Shown: positions 9,957 to 19,916, counted from the first letter of the stretch. The stretch is DNA of 62,069 nucleotides from an uncultured Candidatus Saccharibacteria bacterium (GCA_964610345.1 CAZSVQ010000001.1:280-62348), one strand, 5' to 3'. Notes: generated from the sequence alone by a model not told the origin. Translations and numbers: made by a program.

Positions 9957-10549
9957 TGCTTGTCCTTGTTGTTTTGGTTAGTAAACGAAAACGGATTGTT
10001 TTTGGTAAACAGGGCTCGTAAAATTACCTTACATGGGTACTCCGGATTAGTAGTGCTATCGCAATTAACGGATACAATGTCTACCTTATCAAATAATTTG
10101 TTGTTTGGGTCTGCTAAATTAACCTGGACCTGAGTTGCTGTATTTTGGTCGCGCGCATCAGCCGTTAAATCAATGCCACCCTCAACTTTGCTTATCTCTA
10201 TATCTGATAATACTGAGTTTTCAGGCATAACGGCTCCAACTTGTTTAATAAGTTCAGAAAAAATTATTTGCTTTGAAAGCACTTGAACTATTAATTTTAA
10301 ATTACCAGAAATATTCCCTACAGTTTTAAGTGTACCCTCTAAGTCTTTATCTTTAAGCTCTTTTTCGATGTTAGCATTGGCGGTTGCATATTTTTTTGAC
10401 TCTGATTTTAGGTAGGCTTGTCCAATACCTAAAGTAACAACAGTAAGAGTCAAGATAGCAAAAAGTCCTGATAGCCATTTTAAAAGTATAGTATTACGAC
10501 GGGCATATTTAATGGATTTCTTGTGATCATAAGGGCTCAGGTTAATCAT
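9953..10549 (-). CDS. pilN: Type IV pilus assembly protein PilN-like
   Basis: MINLSPY start (INLLP-type motif), a basic stretch, then a single TM. Overlaps the pilM stop. Confidence 0.7.
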   Translation of the reverse strand: MINLSPYDHKKSIKYARRNTILLKWLSGLFAILTLTVVTLGIGQAYLKSESKKYATANANIEKELKDKDLEGTLKTVGNISGNLKLIVQVLSKQIIFSELIKQVGAVMPENSVLSDIEISKVEGGIDLTADARDQNTATQVQVNLADPNNKLFDKVDIVSVNCDSTTNPEYPCKVILRALFTKNNPFSFTNQNNKDKQ

Positions 10550-11616
10550 ACAAATGGCTCCTCTGGCCTCAGTAGAGCCAAGCCAGCAGAAGTTATGTAA
10601 ACACCTTCATCACCAGATGGGGGTAATGCTAGGTTGCCAAATGATATTGTACTCCATGGGTCATATGTTCTAACAGGCAAGCGTAATTGGTCGGTAAGAT
10701 GGTCGCTTAGGCCAGGAATATTTGCGCCTCCACCCAGAAGTACAACTTGGCCAATTTCTTTCTTGTTGTCAGTTATACGTTCTTCGTAATAACGTACCAT
10801 GCGCTTGACCTCTTTAATAATGTCGTCTATTAATGGCTTAAGAGCTTGTTTTATTTCTGATTGTTTTTTGCTGACATTTAAACCGTAACGAGTTTTAATG
10901 GTACGTGCTTCTTGGGGTGATATGTCCAGAGCTTGTTTAATAGCATCGGTATAATGGTCACCGCCACCGGTAACAGTGCCAGTTACCACTAGAGCTTCGT
11001 CATAAACTGTAATATCTGTTGAGTTAGCACCAAAATCAATTAGGACTGTTGGGACTTTGTGTTGATCTGTGTAGCCAAAAAGACGGTTTGAGGCACTGGT
11101 GGTGGGCTCCATGGCCACAACTTCAAGACCCAATATTCTAGCTAAGTCCATGTATGAATCAATAATTTTTCTTTGGACAGCGACTGTTAATATTCTGTAT
11201 TGACTATCTTGCATGCCTAAAATGGAGTAGTCAGTGTAAAGTTCCTCAATTGCTGATGGGAGATATTGTTGGGTTTCTGTAGTGACGGCATCAGGGATAT
11301 CTTTTATGTCAATATCTTTCGGTAGATTTATAATTCTCGAAAAAGTGTATGCAGCTGGAACGGATAATACAACACGATTGGTAGATATATCTCCAATGAT
11401 CCCTTCTTGAAACATTTTTTGAATACTGCCAGCCACTGGTTCGTGTTTAAGGATAATGCCACTGGCAATGCAAGTCTCATCAAAATCAGCTATGCCATAG
11501 CCAGCAATCTGATATTGTTTTTTGTGAGTATCAAGCTGGACAACTTTAATACTGCTGGATCCAATATCCATACCAAACAAAGGCCGATCTTGATAAAAAT
11601 ATATAGTATCACTCAT
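10546..11616 (-). CDS. pilM: Type IV pilus assembly ATPase-fold protein PilM
   Basis: Actin-like fold motifs FGMDIGSSSIKVV, LIDFGANSTDI and VLLGGGANIPGL. 356 aa. Confidence 0.85.
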   Translation of the reverse strand: MSDTIYFYQDRPLFGMDIGSSSIKVVQLDTHKKQYQIAGYGIADFDETCIASGIILKHEPVAGSIQKMFQEGIIGDISTNRVVLSVPAAYTFSRIINLPKDIDIKDIPDAVTTETQQYLPSAIEELYTDYSILGMQDSQYRILTVAVQRKIIDSYMDLARILGLEVVAMEPTTSASNRLFGYTDQHKVPTVLIDFGANSTDITVYDEALVVTGTVTGGGDHYTDAIKQALDISPQEARTIKTRYGLNVSKKQSEIKQALKPLIDDIIKEVKRMVRYYEERITDNKKEIGQVVLLGGGANIPGLSDHLTDQLRLPVRTYDPWSTISFGNLALPPSGDEGVYITSAGLALLRPEEPFV

Positions 11617-11680
11617 AATAAGCCATAAGCATTATAATTTAGTATATCAATTTATAGAGCTAAAAGATAATAAGGAATTA

Positions 11681-11718
11681 AAAAACTCCGCTCGGGTTTT
11701 TATACGAACGGAGTTTTT
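11681..11718 (-). terminator. Hairpin plus T-run just downstream of the pilin gene (probable attenuating terminator between pilA and pilM)
   Basis: AAAAACTCCG...CGGAGTTTTT arms, extendable to ACTCCGCTCG/CGAACGGAGT with one mismatch. It lies 17 nt after the pilA stop, and the T-run is on the minus-strand transcript. Confidence 0.55.
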
Positions 11719-11734
11719 AGTATATGCACTTAGA

Positions 11735-12193
11735 CTAGTTGTTTAGGCTGGTCTTGCTGTAAGTGCTGCTGCCTTCGATTTGACCTTCAAGAGTAGCCGT
11801 CAAAGTGTAGCCAGTACAGTCAGTAGTTGTATTGTCACAACCACTAGGTGTTACTGCGTAGGCATATGAGTTAGCTGCTGGTGCTGCAACGAGTGTTTGT
11901 CCAGCGCCTTTTGGATCTTGAAGTGCTTCTGCATCCAGACCCTTCATATTGGCACTTCTAAATGTTGCATCGTTAACGTTTGTTAGTGTTGGGTAACGAC
12001 CATTTTGAGCATAGTAAGCCTCTAGCTGACCGTGAAGTGCCTTAATGTCTGTTTGTCGTTCAGTATCACGACCTTTTTGTTGGATGCCGTTAAAGGTTGT
12101 GATGACAAGAGCTGCCAAGATACCAATAACAACGATCACGATTAGAAGTTCTACGATTGTAAAACCTTGTTGTTTTTTGTGTAGTGAAGTCAT
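11735..12193 (-). CDS. pilA: Type IV major pilin (prepilin with class III signal peptide)
   Basis: MTSLHKKQQG|FTIVELLIVIVVIGILAA shows G-1/F+1/E+5 and a hydrophobic helix. The C-terminal region has a Cys pair (CDNTTTDC). Confidence 0.85.
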   Translation of the reverse strand: MTSLHKKQQGFTIVELLIVIVVIGILAALVITTFNGIQQKGRDTERQTDIKALHGQLEAYYAQNGRYPTLTNVNDATFRSANMKGLDAEALQDPKGAGQTLVAAPAANSYAYAVTPSGCDNTTTDCTGYTLTATLEGQIEGSSTYSKTSLNN

Positions 12194-12305
12194 AAGGACC
12201 CACCCTCCTTTTTATTTGATTTACTTTATGACGGGATACTTTTGTATCCAGCTGAGCCCAATTATATACATAAGTAATATGTAATGGCAAGTACTATTTT
12301 ACTTC

Positions 12306-13520
12306 TTAGCCACCGATATTTTTACTGAGTGAGGCTATTGGGCCCATAACACTAGCCGCAATCAAACCAACTACGCTCCCAAGTACAATAATCATAATTG
12401 GTTCAATTATAGAACTTAGCCCATCAACAGTAGTCGCAACCTCTTCTTCATAAAAATCAGCTACTTTAACTAAGATGGTATCAATTTGGCCAGTTTCTTC
12501 ACCAACAGCCAGCATTTGCGAGACGATTGGGGGGAAATGAGAATCTGCACCCAAACTATCAGATAATTGTCTGCCATTTTTTACCTCTTTTGCGGCTTCT
12601 TGTAGTTCTTTTTCAAACACTTTATTGCCAATAGCCGCACCTGTTACATCTAGAGCATCTAATACACCAACACCAGCCGCCATTAATGAGGCAAAAGTTC
12701 GGGCAAATCTAGCAATGGCGATCTTCATAACTACCGTTTTAATTATTGGAATTTTGAGCAATAATACATGAAATTGATATTTACCCTTAGGTGTTTTGAT
12801 ATAACGTCTTAAAATGAAAACTAATATTATGGTAGCAACTACTATTAATGGGGCGTTACTACGCATGAAATCACTTACAGCAATCATGGCTTGGGTGTAT
12901 ATAGGCAACTGGGCATCCTCGCCCCCTAGATCGGTTAAGATCTGGCTAATTTTAGGGATTATAAACACCATAATTCCAAAAAAGGCCGCAACTGTAACAG
13001 TTAAGATAACAACTGGGTAGGTCATAGCACTTTTGACTTTTTTACGCATACTAGAATCTCGTTCAATTTGCGACGCCAATCGTTTTAAGATTTCATCTAA
13101 AATACCACCAGCTTCCCCGGCTTTGACCATGTTTACATAAACGTCAGAGAAAACATCCGGGTACTTGGCAAAACCATCAGCTAAAGGCAGGCCACCTTCG
13201 ACATTCTTTGATATATCGCCAATGATAGATTTAAATTTTTTGTTTGGCGCTTGAGCTTGCAATGTAGCTAAAGCTCGTGATAGAGGCACGCCAGCCGAAA
13301 CCATAGTGGATAATTGCCTAGTAAACACCGCCAAATCTTTAATGCCAACTTTTTGCCCAAGTGGAATTTTAAAGCCACGGCTAGATTTATGTTTTTTGAC
13401 GATAATTGGGTGGGCACCTTGTTTTTTAAGGCTAGCAATGGCTGCCTCTTTACTGCGAGCAGTTAATGTGCCAGATAATGTTTTGCCATCTTTGCTAGCT
13501 GTAAAAGAAAATTCTTCCAT
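12306..13520 (-). CDS. pilC: Type IV pilus platform protein PilC (GspF family)
   Basis: 404 aa with duplicated T2SSF domains and three TM segments. Confidence 0.9.
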   Translation of the reverse strand: MEEFSFTASKDGKTLSGTLTARSKEAAIASLKKQGAHPIIVKKHKSSRGFKIPLGQKVGIKDLAVFTRQLSTMVSAGVPLSRALATLQAQAPNKKFKSIIGDISKNVEGGLPLADGFAKYPDVFSDVYVNMVKAGEAGGILDEILKRLASQIERDSSMRKKVKSAMTYPVVILTVTVAAFFGIMVFIIPKISQILTDLGGEDAQLPIYTQAMIAVSDFMRSNAPLIVVATIILVFILRRYIKTPKGKYQFHVLLLKIPIIKTVVMKIAIARFARTFASLMAAGVGVLDALDVTGAAIGNKVFEKELQEAAKEVKNGRQLSDSLGADSHFPPIVSQMLAVGEETGQIDTILVKVADFYEEEVATTVDGLSSIIEPIMIIVLGSVVGLIAASVMGPIASLSKNIGG

Positions 13521-13526
13521 ATAACC

Positions 13527-15341
13527 CTATGCTTCCCTCGTTACTCTTAAAATTTCCTCAATACTGGTTTGGCCCCGCAGTGCCTTAACAAAACCATCCA
13601 TCTGCATCGTCAGCATACCTTCTTTAATTGCTTGCTGTTCAATTACTTCACTAGTTGCATTGCCGACAATTAATTTTTGTACGCTATTGGTGTTCTCTAA
13701 AACTTCATAAATACCCATCCGACCCTTATAGCCAGTATGGCTACAAGCATCACAGCCACCGTCGTGAGCCTTCCAAAGGTGTTGTATAGCTGTCTCACTG
13801 GTGGCTAGTTCACTGGTGTTCCGGGCTTTTTTGTTATCGGTTGTAATTTGACCAATGCCGGCTTCTAGTGCCGATTGTTCAAGTTGGTGGATCCAGGCAA
13901 ATTTTTCTGGGCTGTCAATGTGGAATGATTCTTTTAGTTGGCTTAAGATTTCGTTATCTGGCTCTACCTTTTCTTTGCACTCGATACAAAGTTTACGGAT
14001 CAGGCGTTGCCCAACCACGGCTCGTATGGTTGAGGCTATTAAAAATGGTTCAACTTCCATGTCTAATAAACGTGGCAGAGAAGTCGCTGCATTGTTGGTG
14101 TGCAGAGTAGAGAAAACTAGGTGCCCAGTTAGCGCAGCCTGAATTGCTAAATCGGCTGTTTCGCCGTCACGAATCTCGCCTACCATAATTACGTTTGGGT
14201 CTTGGCGGAGCAGGGCTCTAAGGCCATTGACAAAGGTCATGCCCGCCACCGGGTTAACTTGGGTTTGGTTGGCACCAGTAACGCGGTATTCCACAGGGTC
14301 TTCCACAGTAGAAATGTTTACAGTTGGTTTGTTTAAAATGCTTAAGATACTAAATAAACTAGTAGATTTACCTGAGCCGGTCGGGCCAGTTACCAAAATC
14401 ATGCCATAAGGTTGGATGATAGCCCGATTTATTGTGTCAAGTGACCCGTCCCAGTAACCAAGCTCTTCAAGACCTTGAGCTTTAGTGGATTCATCCAAAA
14501 TACGCATTACAACTTTTTCACCATCCATGATTGGCAAGGTAGAAACACGCAAGGCAAACAGTTTGCCACTAACTTGTATTTTAAATCGGCCATCTTGCGG
14601 TGCTCGACGTTCATCAATTTTAAGATTAGATAAAATTTTGATTCGTGATACCAGCGCAGCCATGACTTTTTTAGGTAGCTTATTGGCTTCTCGTAATACT
14701 CCATCAACACGGTAGCGCACAGATACATAATCTTCTCTTGGTTCAATATGGATATCGCTAGCTCCAGCTTTTACTGCATACTCAATCAATAAATTCACGG
14801 TTTGGGCTGTCGGCGAATCTTCGGCTAAGTCTTCAGCGCTTACTTCTTCAGTGTCTTCTTCATCCTTGCCTTCGCTTCCTATAACTTTGGTTAGTTCGCT
14901 GCCAATGTTACCCCGGTATTGGTCAAGAGCTGTTTGAATATTACTTTTAGTTGCAAGATGAATTTTTATTTTTGAACCAAGCTGTTTTTGGAGAAGGTTT
15001 ACGGCTTCGATATCGTCTGGGTCTTCCATGGCAAGGAGCTTGTTGCCCTCATCGTCAGCACCAAAAACAATTACTTTATATTGCCCGGCTAACCGCTCGG
15101 GGATTTGTTGGAGCACTTCACTGGGGATTTCTTTAGGGTTTAGCTCTATAAATGGAATGTCAATTTCCCCGGCGTAAAGCTTAGTCAAATCTTTTTCAGA
15201 TATATAATTGCTTTTTACAGCCAAATCTTGCAGAGGTTGTTTGCCGTCAACTGCCTGTTGCCTTAAAGTGGCAAGCTCATCAGTAGTGATTTCTGATGCA
15301 CTTTGTAGATACTTTTCGACTAATTCATCACTTATTTTCAT
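13527..15341 (-). CDS. pilB: Type IV pilus assembly ATPase PilB (GspE family)
   Basis: T2SSE_N domain, Walker A GPTGSGKST, Asp/His boxes, and a tetracysteine motif (CIECK...CDACSHTGYKGR). Confidence 0.9.
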   Translation of the reverse strand: MKISDELVEKYLQSASEITTDELATLRQQAVDGKQPLQDLAVKSNYISEKDLTKLYAGEIDIPFIELNPKEIPSEVLQQIPERLAGQYKVIVFGADDEGNKLLAMEDPDDIEAVNLLQKQLGSKIKIHLATKSNIQTALDQYRGNIGSELTKVIGSEGKDEEDTEEVSAEDLAEDSPTAQTVNLLIEYAVKAGASDIHIEPREDYVSVRYRVDGVLREANKLPKKVMAALVSRIKILSNLKIDERRAPQDGRFKIQVSGKLFALRVSTLPIMDGEKVVMRILDESTKAQGLEELGYWDGSLDTINRAIIQPYGMILVTGPTGSGKSTSLFSILSILNKPTVNISTVEDPVEYRVTGANQTQVNPVAGMTFVNGLRALLRQDPNVIMVGEIRDGETADLAIQAALTGHLVFSTLHTNNAATSLPRLLDMEVEPFLIASTIRAVVGQRLIRKLCIECKEKVEPDNEILSQLKESFHIDSPEKFAWIHQLEQSALEAGIGQITTDNKKARNTSELATSETAIQHLWKAHDGGCDACSHTGYKGRMGIYEVLENTNSVQKLIVGNATSEVIEQQAIKEGMLTMQMDGFVKALRGQTSIEEILRVTREA

Positions 15342-15600
15342 TGCAATAAATCTCCGGCATCAGAAAAATCAGTAGTTAAATTACACAGATTTTTGTATTT
15401 CATATATTACCCAAGTTCATAGTTAAGCTTATTATAACCAAGAAACGTAACCATAACCAGTACCTAGTTTTTGGTGTCTCAACTCTCTTATGCTAAACTA
15501 AAACCATAAGCACGAACCCTGTTATCTATTACTATGGTCGTACAAACAAATTACTATTACTACCACTATCACAATATCTCTATAGGTACCAACATCTAAT

Positions 15601-16401
15601 ATGCCTAGATTACCCATACCCGGTAGTGATGGTGGTCAGTGGGGAGATATCCTCAACGAATACTTAAGTGTCTCCCATAACAATGACGGCACCATAAAAC
15701 CCTCAGCCCTACCACCATCACAACCAAACAATGGCGCTACCGGCGCCACTGGCCCAATAGGCACAATTGGCTCAACCGGTGCTAACGGCCCAATTGGAGC
15801 TACTGGAGCCACCGGAGCCACCGGTGCCACCGGCCCAGACGGAGCAACTGGTACTCAAGGTATTCAAGGCATCCCTGGACCCCAAGGCCCTACTGGCTCA
15901 CCAGGTGCTACCGGAAGCCAAGGCAGCACTGGTGTCTCTGGCTCAACCGGAAGTACTGGATCTACCGGCCCCCAAGGGGCTACTGGCGCCACTGGTCAAG
16001 GAGGATTAATCGCAATTCAGTCGTATAATCCAGCGTCATTACAAACTATGACTGCCAGTGCTGTAGACACGGATATAGATGCTACTAATCTGGCAGTTAC
16101 TTTTACCGTTCCTGCCTCGGGGAGTGTGCTGGTTGTTTTATCTGGTATGGCAAGACGAGAATCGTCCTCTGCTTACCTGCAATGGACAGTACGAGCTTCT
16201 GTGACGACAATTGCCGTTCAAGCGGTTGTGCTTGAGTATACTGCAGAGTCACGTGTTTCTGCCAGAATACTTGTCACTGGCCTCACTCCAGGAGCCTCAA
16301 TAACTTACAAATGGGGCCATAAGGTTATTTCAGGTGTTGGTCGCACCAAGTATGGCGGAGATGCTGGATCTGCTGTTATTGAAGTATGGGCGGCGCCTTA
16401 A
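15601..16401 (+). CDS. Collagen-like triple-helix repeat protein with a conserved N-terminal module and a beta-rich C-terminal domain (BclA-like architecture)
   Basis: [33 protein letters not shown] is followed by 30 uninterrupted G-X-Y triplets (aa 45-134), then a ~130 aa beta-strand-rich domain. No signal peptide. Confidence 0.75.
   Translation: MPRLPIPGSDGGQWGDILNEYLSVSHNNDGTIKPSALPPSQPNNGATGATGPIGTIGSTGANGPIGATGATGATGATGPDGATGTQGIQGIPGPQGPTGSPGATGSQGSTGVSGSTGSTGSTGPQGATGATGQGGLIAIQSYNPASLQTMTASAVDTDIDATNLAVTFTVPASGSVLVVLSGMARRESSSAYLQWTVRASVTTIAVQAVVLEYTAESRVSARILVTGLTPGASITYKWGHKVISGVGRTKYGGDAGSAVIEVWAAP
15733..16002 (+). repeat. G-X-Y (collagen-like) coding repeat, including near-perfect tandem 9-nt GGAGCCACC/GGTGCCACC units
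   Basis: [10 protein letters not shown]...[16 protein letters not shown]...[21 protein letters not shown], read from the translation. It is open in several frames, which produces spurious ORFs. Confidence 0.9.
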
Positions 16402-16519
16402 GGCCCCAAAACAAACCCCCGGTTGGTAAAAAATATTCGGAGGACAGTCCTCATGAAAGTTTGAAATGTTGCATAATAGTCTTGTGCGATCAGTTCAACC
16501 GCTATGTAACATAAGAATA

Positions 16520-16557
16520 AGCCCAGTCAATGATTTAGGTAGTCTGGGCTTTTTTTG
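16520..16557 (+). terminator. Candidate rho-independent terminator downstream of the collagen-like gene
   Basis: AGCCCAGTC...GTCTGGGCT stem (one mismatch) followed by TTTTTTT. Confidence 0.4.
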
Positions 16558-16672
16558 GGATGCTTCCGCACATGGATTTTTATTATATTGGCGTAACCAC
16601 TTTTTGTTTGGCAAAAATGCTATACTATTAAAACACAAATAATAGTTTTCTAGGACGGAGAAGGGGATCAAC

Positions 16673-17686
16673 GTGGCAGATAAAAAGGATTCAAAGGTAC
16701 AAGAATCGGGTAAGACTCAGGCATTGGGCTTGGCGCTCGATAATATTGAAAAGCAGTTTGGCAAAGGGTCAATTATGCGCCTGGGCGATGCTCACAAAGC
16801 GGTAGTGGAATGTATTCCAACCGGTAGTTTAGCTCTAGACTTGGCGCTTGGTGGCGGCCTGCCAAAGGGGCGGATTATTGAAATTTACGGCCCAGAAAGC
16901 TCTGGTAAAACTACTTTAGCGTTACACGCAATTGCCGAGGTTCAAAAATCCGGTGGTACAGCAGCTTTTATTGATGCCGAGCACGCACTTGACCCAGCTT
17001 ACGCTAAACGCCTTGGCGTAAAAACTGATAGCCTACTAATTTCTCAGCCTGATAACGGTGAGCAAGCGCTAGAGATTACAGAAACATTGGTTCGCTCTAA
17101 TGCGGTTGACTTAGTTGTTGTGGATTCTGTCGCTGCCTTGGTGCCACGGGCAGAAATTGAGGGTGATATGGGAGATAGTCACATGGGCTTACAGGCTCGG
17201 CTTATGAGCCAGGCTCTCCGTAAGCTTACTGGTGTGATTAACCGCTCTAAAACCACAGTTATTTTTATTAATCAAATCCGCATGAAGATTGGTGTAATGT
17301 TTGGCAATCCAGAAACAACCACCGGCGGTAATGCACTTAAATTTTATGCATCTGTGCGCATGGATATCCGCCGTGTTAGCCAAATCAAACAAGGCGAAGA
17401 AATTATTGGAAACCATTGCCGAGTAAAGGTAGTTAAAAACAAAATTGCCCCTCCGTTTAGACAGGCAGAATTTGACATTATGTATAATAAAGGCATTAGC
17501 CGTTCTGGCGATGTGTTAGACCTTGGCGTACAATATGATATTGTAGAAAAATCTGGCGCATGGTTTGCGTATGGTGGCAGTAAGATTGGCCAAGGCCGAG
17601 AAGCATCTAAAAAATACCTAGAAGATAACCCAAAAATCATGGAAGAAGTTGCCAAAAAAGTCACCGAAACTTCCAACAAGGAATAG
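16673..17686 (+). CDS. recA: Recombinase RecA (GTG start)
   Basis: [19 protein letters not shown], Walker [10 protein letters not shown] and [32 protein letters not shown]. Confidence 0.95.
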   Translation: MADKKDSKVQESGKTQALGLALDNIEKQFGKGSIMRLGDAHKAVVECIPTGSLALDLALGGGLPKGRIIEIYGPESSGKTTLALHAIAEVQKSGGTAAFIDAEHALDPAYAKRLGVKTDSLLISQPDNGEQALEITETLVRSNAVDLVVVDSVAALVPRAEIEGDMGDSHMGLQARLMSQALRKLTGVINRSKTTVIFINQIRMKIGVMFGNPETTTGGNALKFYASVRMDIRRVSQIKQGEEIIGNHCRVKVVKNKIAPPFRQAEFDIMYNKGISRSGDVLDLGVQYDIVEKSGAWFAYGGSKIGQGREASKKYLEDNPKIMEEVAKKVTETSNKE

Positions 17687-17689
17687 CAA

Positions 17690-18271
17690 TTGAAGCGAGT
17701 CGTTTTATTACATGGGACAGATGGTAGTCCGGATGAATTATGGTTCCCGTGGTTAAGTGAACAATTTGAGTTAGAAGGCTATAAAGTTTATGCGCCACTT
17801 TTGCCGGATAATCATACGCCAAATAAACAGAAATATGAAAGCTTTTTAAAAGAATCAGGGTGGGATTTTAGTAATAATATAATCGTTGGTCACTCATCGG
17901 GTGCAACAACTGTACTAAACTTACTTACTGAAGAGTGGTTTCCGAATGTAAAAGCAACAATTCTCGTAGGAACTTTTTTAAATGAGCATTTATTAAAACA
18001 AGTTAATCCAGACTGGTACGATGAAAAGCAGTTTATTGATTTATTTAAAGATTCATACGACATAGGTATGCTTAAAGAAAAATGTCAAAAATATTATTTT
18101 GTGCACGGTGATGACGACCCATATTGTAGTATTGATGATGCTACGGAATTATGCAAAAAGCTTGGCGGTAAAATGATTATAGTCAATAATGGCGGACATC
18201 TTGCATCTAGTTCTGGGATTTTGGAATTGCCACAAATAATCGAACAGCTTGAAGCTGACGATATTTTATGA
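17690..18271 (+). CDS. RBBP9/YdeN-family alpha/beta serine hydrolase (TTG start)
   Basis: 193 aa with VLLHGTDGSPDELWFPWL, the nucleophile elbow GHSSGA, and a late GGHL motif. Confidence 0.6.
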   Translation: MKRVVLLHGTDGSPDELWFPWLSEQFELEGYKVYAPLLPDNHTPNKQKYESFLKESGWDFSNNIIVGHSSGATTVLNLLTEEWFPNVKATILVGTFLNEHLLKQVNPDWYDEKQFIDLFKDSYDIGMLKEKCQKYYFVHGDDDPYCSIDDATELCKKLGGKMIIVNNGGHLASSSGILELPQIIEQLEADDIL

Positions 18272-18882
18272 AGATCACAGATATTAAACAGCAGGTTAAA
18301 AGGGCAGATAGGTACTCTATTTATATTGATGGAAAATACTCATTTAGTCTGTCCGCAAATGAATTATTAAACCAACATTTAAAAATTGGCCAAGAGTTTA
18401 ATAGAAGTCAGTACAATGAGGTGCAACAAAAAGCATTAGAAGACAAAGCTTACATGCGTTCGTTAGACCTATTGGCGCGTCGCTCAAGAAGCGAGTGGGA
18501 AATGGAGCAGTATTTAATAAAGAAAAGTTATGACAACAACACCACAACACGAATACTTAGCAAGTTAAGAAAAAAAGGATTACTTGATGATCTAAAATTT
18601 GCTCAAATTTGGGTAGCAGACCGGCGAAGACTAAAGAATGTCAGCAAGCGTCGATTACTACAAGAATTACAACAAAAAAGAATTTCTAAGCAAATTATCG
18701 TTGAAGTTTTAGACAATGACGAAACTAACGAACAAGATGTTTTGCGTGAATTAATAATAAAAAAACGTAATCAAACTAGGTATCAAGATAGCCAAAGGCT
18801 AACAGCTTACCTTCTCCGTCAAGGCTTTAATTACGATGACATAAAACTTTCAATCATTGAGTTAAAGATACAGAATAGCTAA
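18268..18882 (+). CDS. recX: Recombination regulator RecX
   Basis: Three-helix-bundle repeat pattern (..AYMRSLDLLARRSRSEWEMEQYL.., ..LDDLKFAQIW.., ..TAYLLRQGFNYDDI..). Sits in the recA neighbourhood. Confidence 0.75.
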   Translation: MKITDIKQQVKRADRYSIYIDGKYSFSLSANELLNQHLKIGQEFNRSQYNEVQQKALEDKAYMRSLDLLARRSRSEWEMEQYLIKKSYDNNTTTRILSKLRKKGLLDDLKFAQIWVADRRRLKNVSKRRLLQELQQKRISKQIIVEVLDNDETNEQDVLRELIIKKRNQTRYQDSQRLTAYLLRQGFNYDDIKLSIIELKIQNS

Positions 18883-18924
18883 GATCTACTAACTTCATAA
18901 AATCTAGATGAGAAACGAGTACGA

Positions 18925-19443
18925 TTACGCCATGGCTGGCATTGGAGCTGAATCTTGTGCTGTAGCTTCTCGTATAACAATTTTTTTATCAGTTATTTCT
19001 GTGATTTGACTACGGTCTATCATAAGCGCCCCACCCGTAAAGCTTTTAATTATTGACTGGCTTACGTGTAGTTTGTGAATTAAATAGGTATCTCTATCCA
19101 GGGCAAAGTCCGCTACTTTACCTAACTTTCTTTTGTGGTCTGATACTACGTTTTTACCAATTAAATTAAATTTATATGACAATATATCTTTTAAGCGGAC
19201 TAATTCATCTGGGTGGGTTAGCGCCTCGTGGTCATCAACTACAAAACCCTCCGGGATAATTTCGCGAATATCTTGAGACAACAAAACCACATGTTTTTTG
19301 TCACCAAGGTCAGTAGCATGCCAGCCCTCAATTTTGAGGTTATTTGGGTTAACAATAAAATCGTTAATTACACCTATTGGCCTGCCAATCCGCAGGCTCA
19401 TAATATTTTTGCCAATTAACTGTTGCCCTAAAGTAAGCATCAC
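18925..19443 (-). CDS. Tandem PRC-barrel domain protein
   Basis: Two repeats of the pattern L.GK.V......KLG.V.DF..D.....I..L.V. 172 aa. Confidence 0.45.
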   Translation of the reverse strand: MMLTLGQQLIGKNIMSLRIGRPIGVINDFIVNPNNLKIEGWHATDLGDKKHVVLLSQDIREIIPEGFVVDDHEALTHPDELVRLKDILSYKFNLIGKNVVSDHKRKLGKVADFALDRDTYLIHKLHVSQSIIKSFTGGALMIDRSQITEITDKKIVIREATAQDSAPMPAMA

Positions 19444-19460
19444 CTTTATTATAAACTAAT

Positions 19461-19916
19461 ATGATACATATTGAACTAAATACTCAAACTGCCGAACAAA
19501 CTATGGCAATTGCAGAGAGGATTGGTCAAAATTTAAAAGGTGGAGAGGTTGTTGAGTTGGTGGCAGATGTTGGGGGAGGCAAAACAACTTTTGTAAGGGG
19601 GTTAGCAAAAGGCGCAGGTAGCAAAAATCACGTATCTAGCCCAACTTTTACAATTAGTAAAGTCTATCAAGCACCAAAGTTTGAGATTGTTCACTTTGAC
19701 TTTTATCGATTAGAAGAGTCAGGCTTGATTGAGTATGAGATTCAAGAAGCAATTTTTGACCCTATAACTGTAATAGTTGTTGAGTGGTCAGATGTTATAA
19801 AGCACATTTTGCCAGAAGAAAGGTTAGTTATTTCAATATATCAAACACACGAAGACGAACGGACATTAAGTTTTGCTGCTCAATCTAAATTAAGATATTT
19901 ATTGGAGGGTGTATGA
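19461..19916 (+). CDS. tsaE: tRNA t6A37 biosynthesis ATPase TsaE
   Basis: GGEVVELVADVGGGKTTFVRGLAKG..SPTFTI...HFDFYRL...VEW. Confidence 0.85.
   Translation: MIHIELNTQTAEQTMAIAERIGQNLKGGEVVELVADVGGGKTTFVRGLAKGAGSKNHVSSPTFTISKVYQAPKFEIVHFDFYRLEESGLIEYEIQEAIFDPITVIVVEWSDVIKHILPEERLVISIYQTHEDERTLSFAAQSKLRYLLEGV

Noticed and set aside
15636-16009. ORFs 15636-15830 (-) and 15767-16009 (+) inside the collagen-like gene
   Set aside because: These are alternative-frame and antisense readings of the GGN-NNN-NNN repeat (translations are [10 protein letters not shown]-like). Repeat periodicity keeps several frames open, and only the G-X-Y frame extends into conserved flanking domains.
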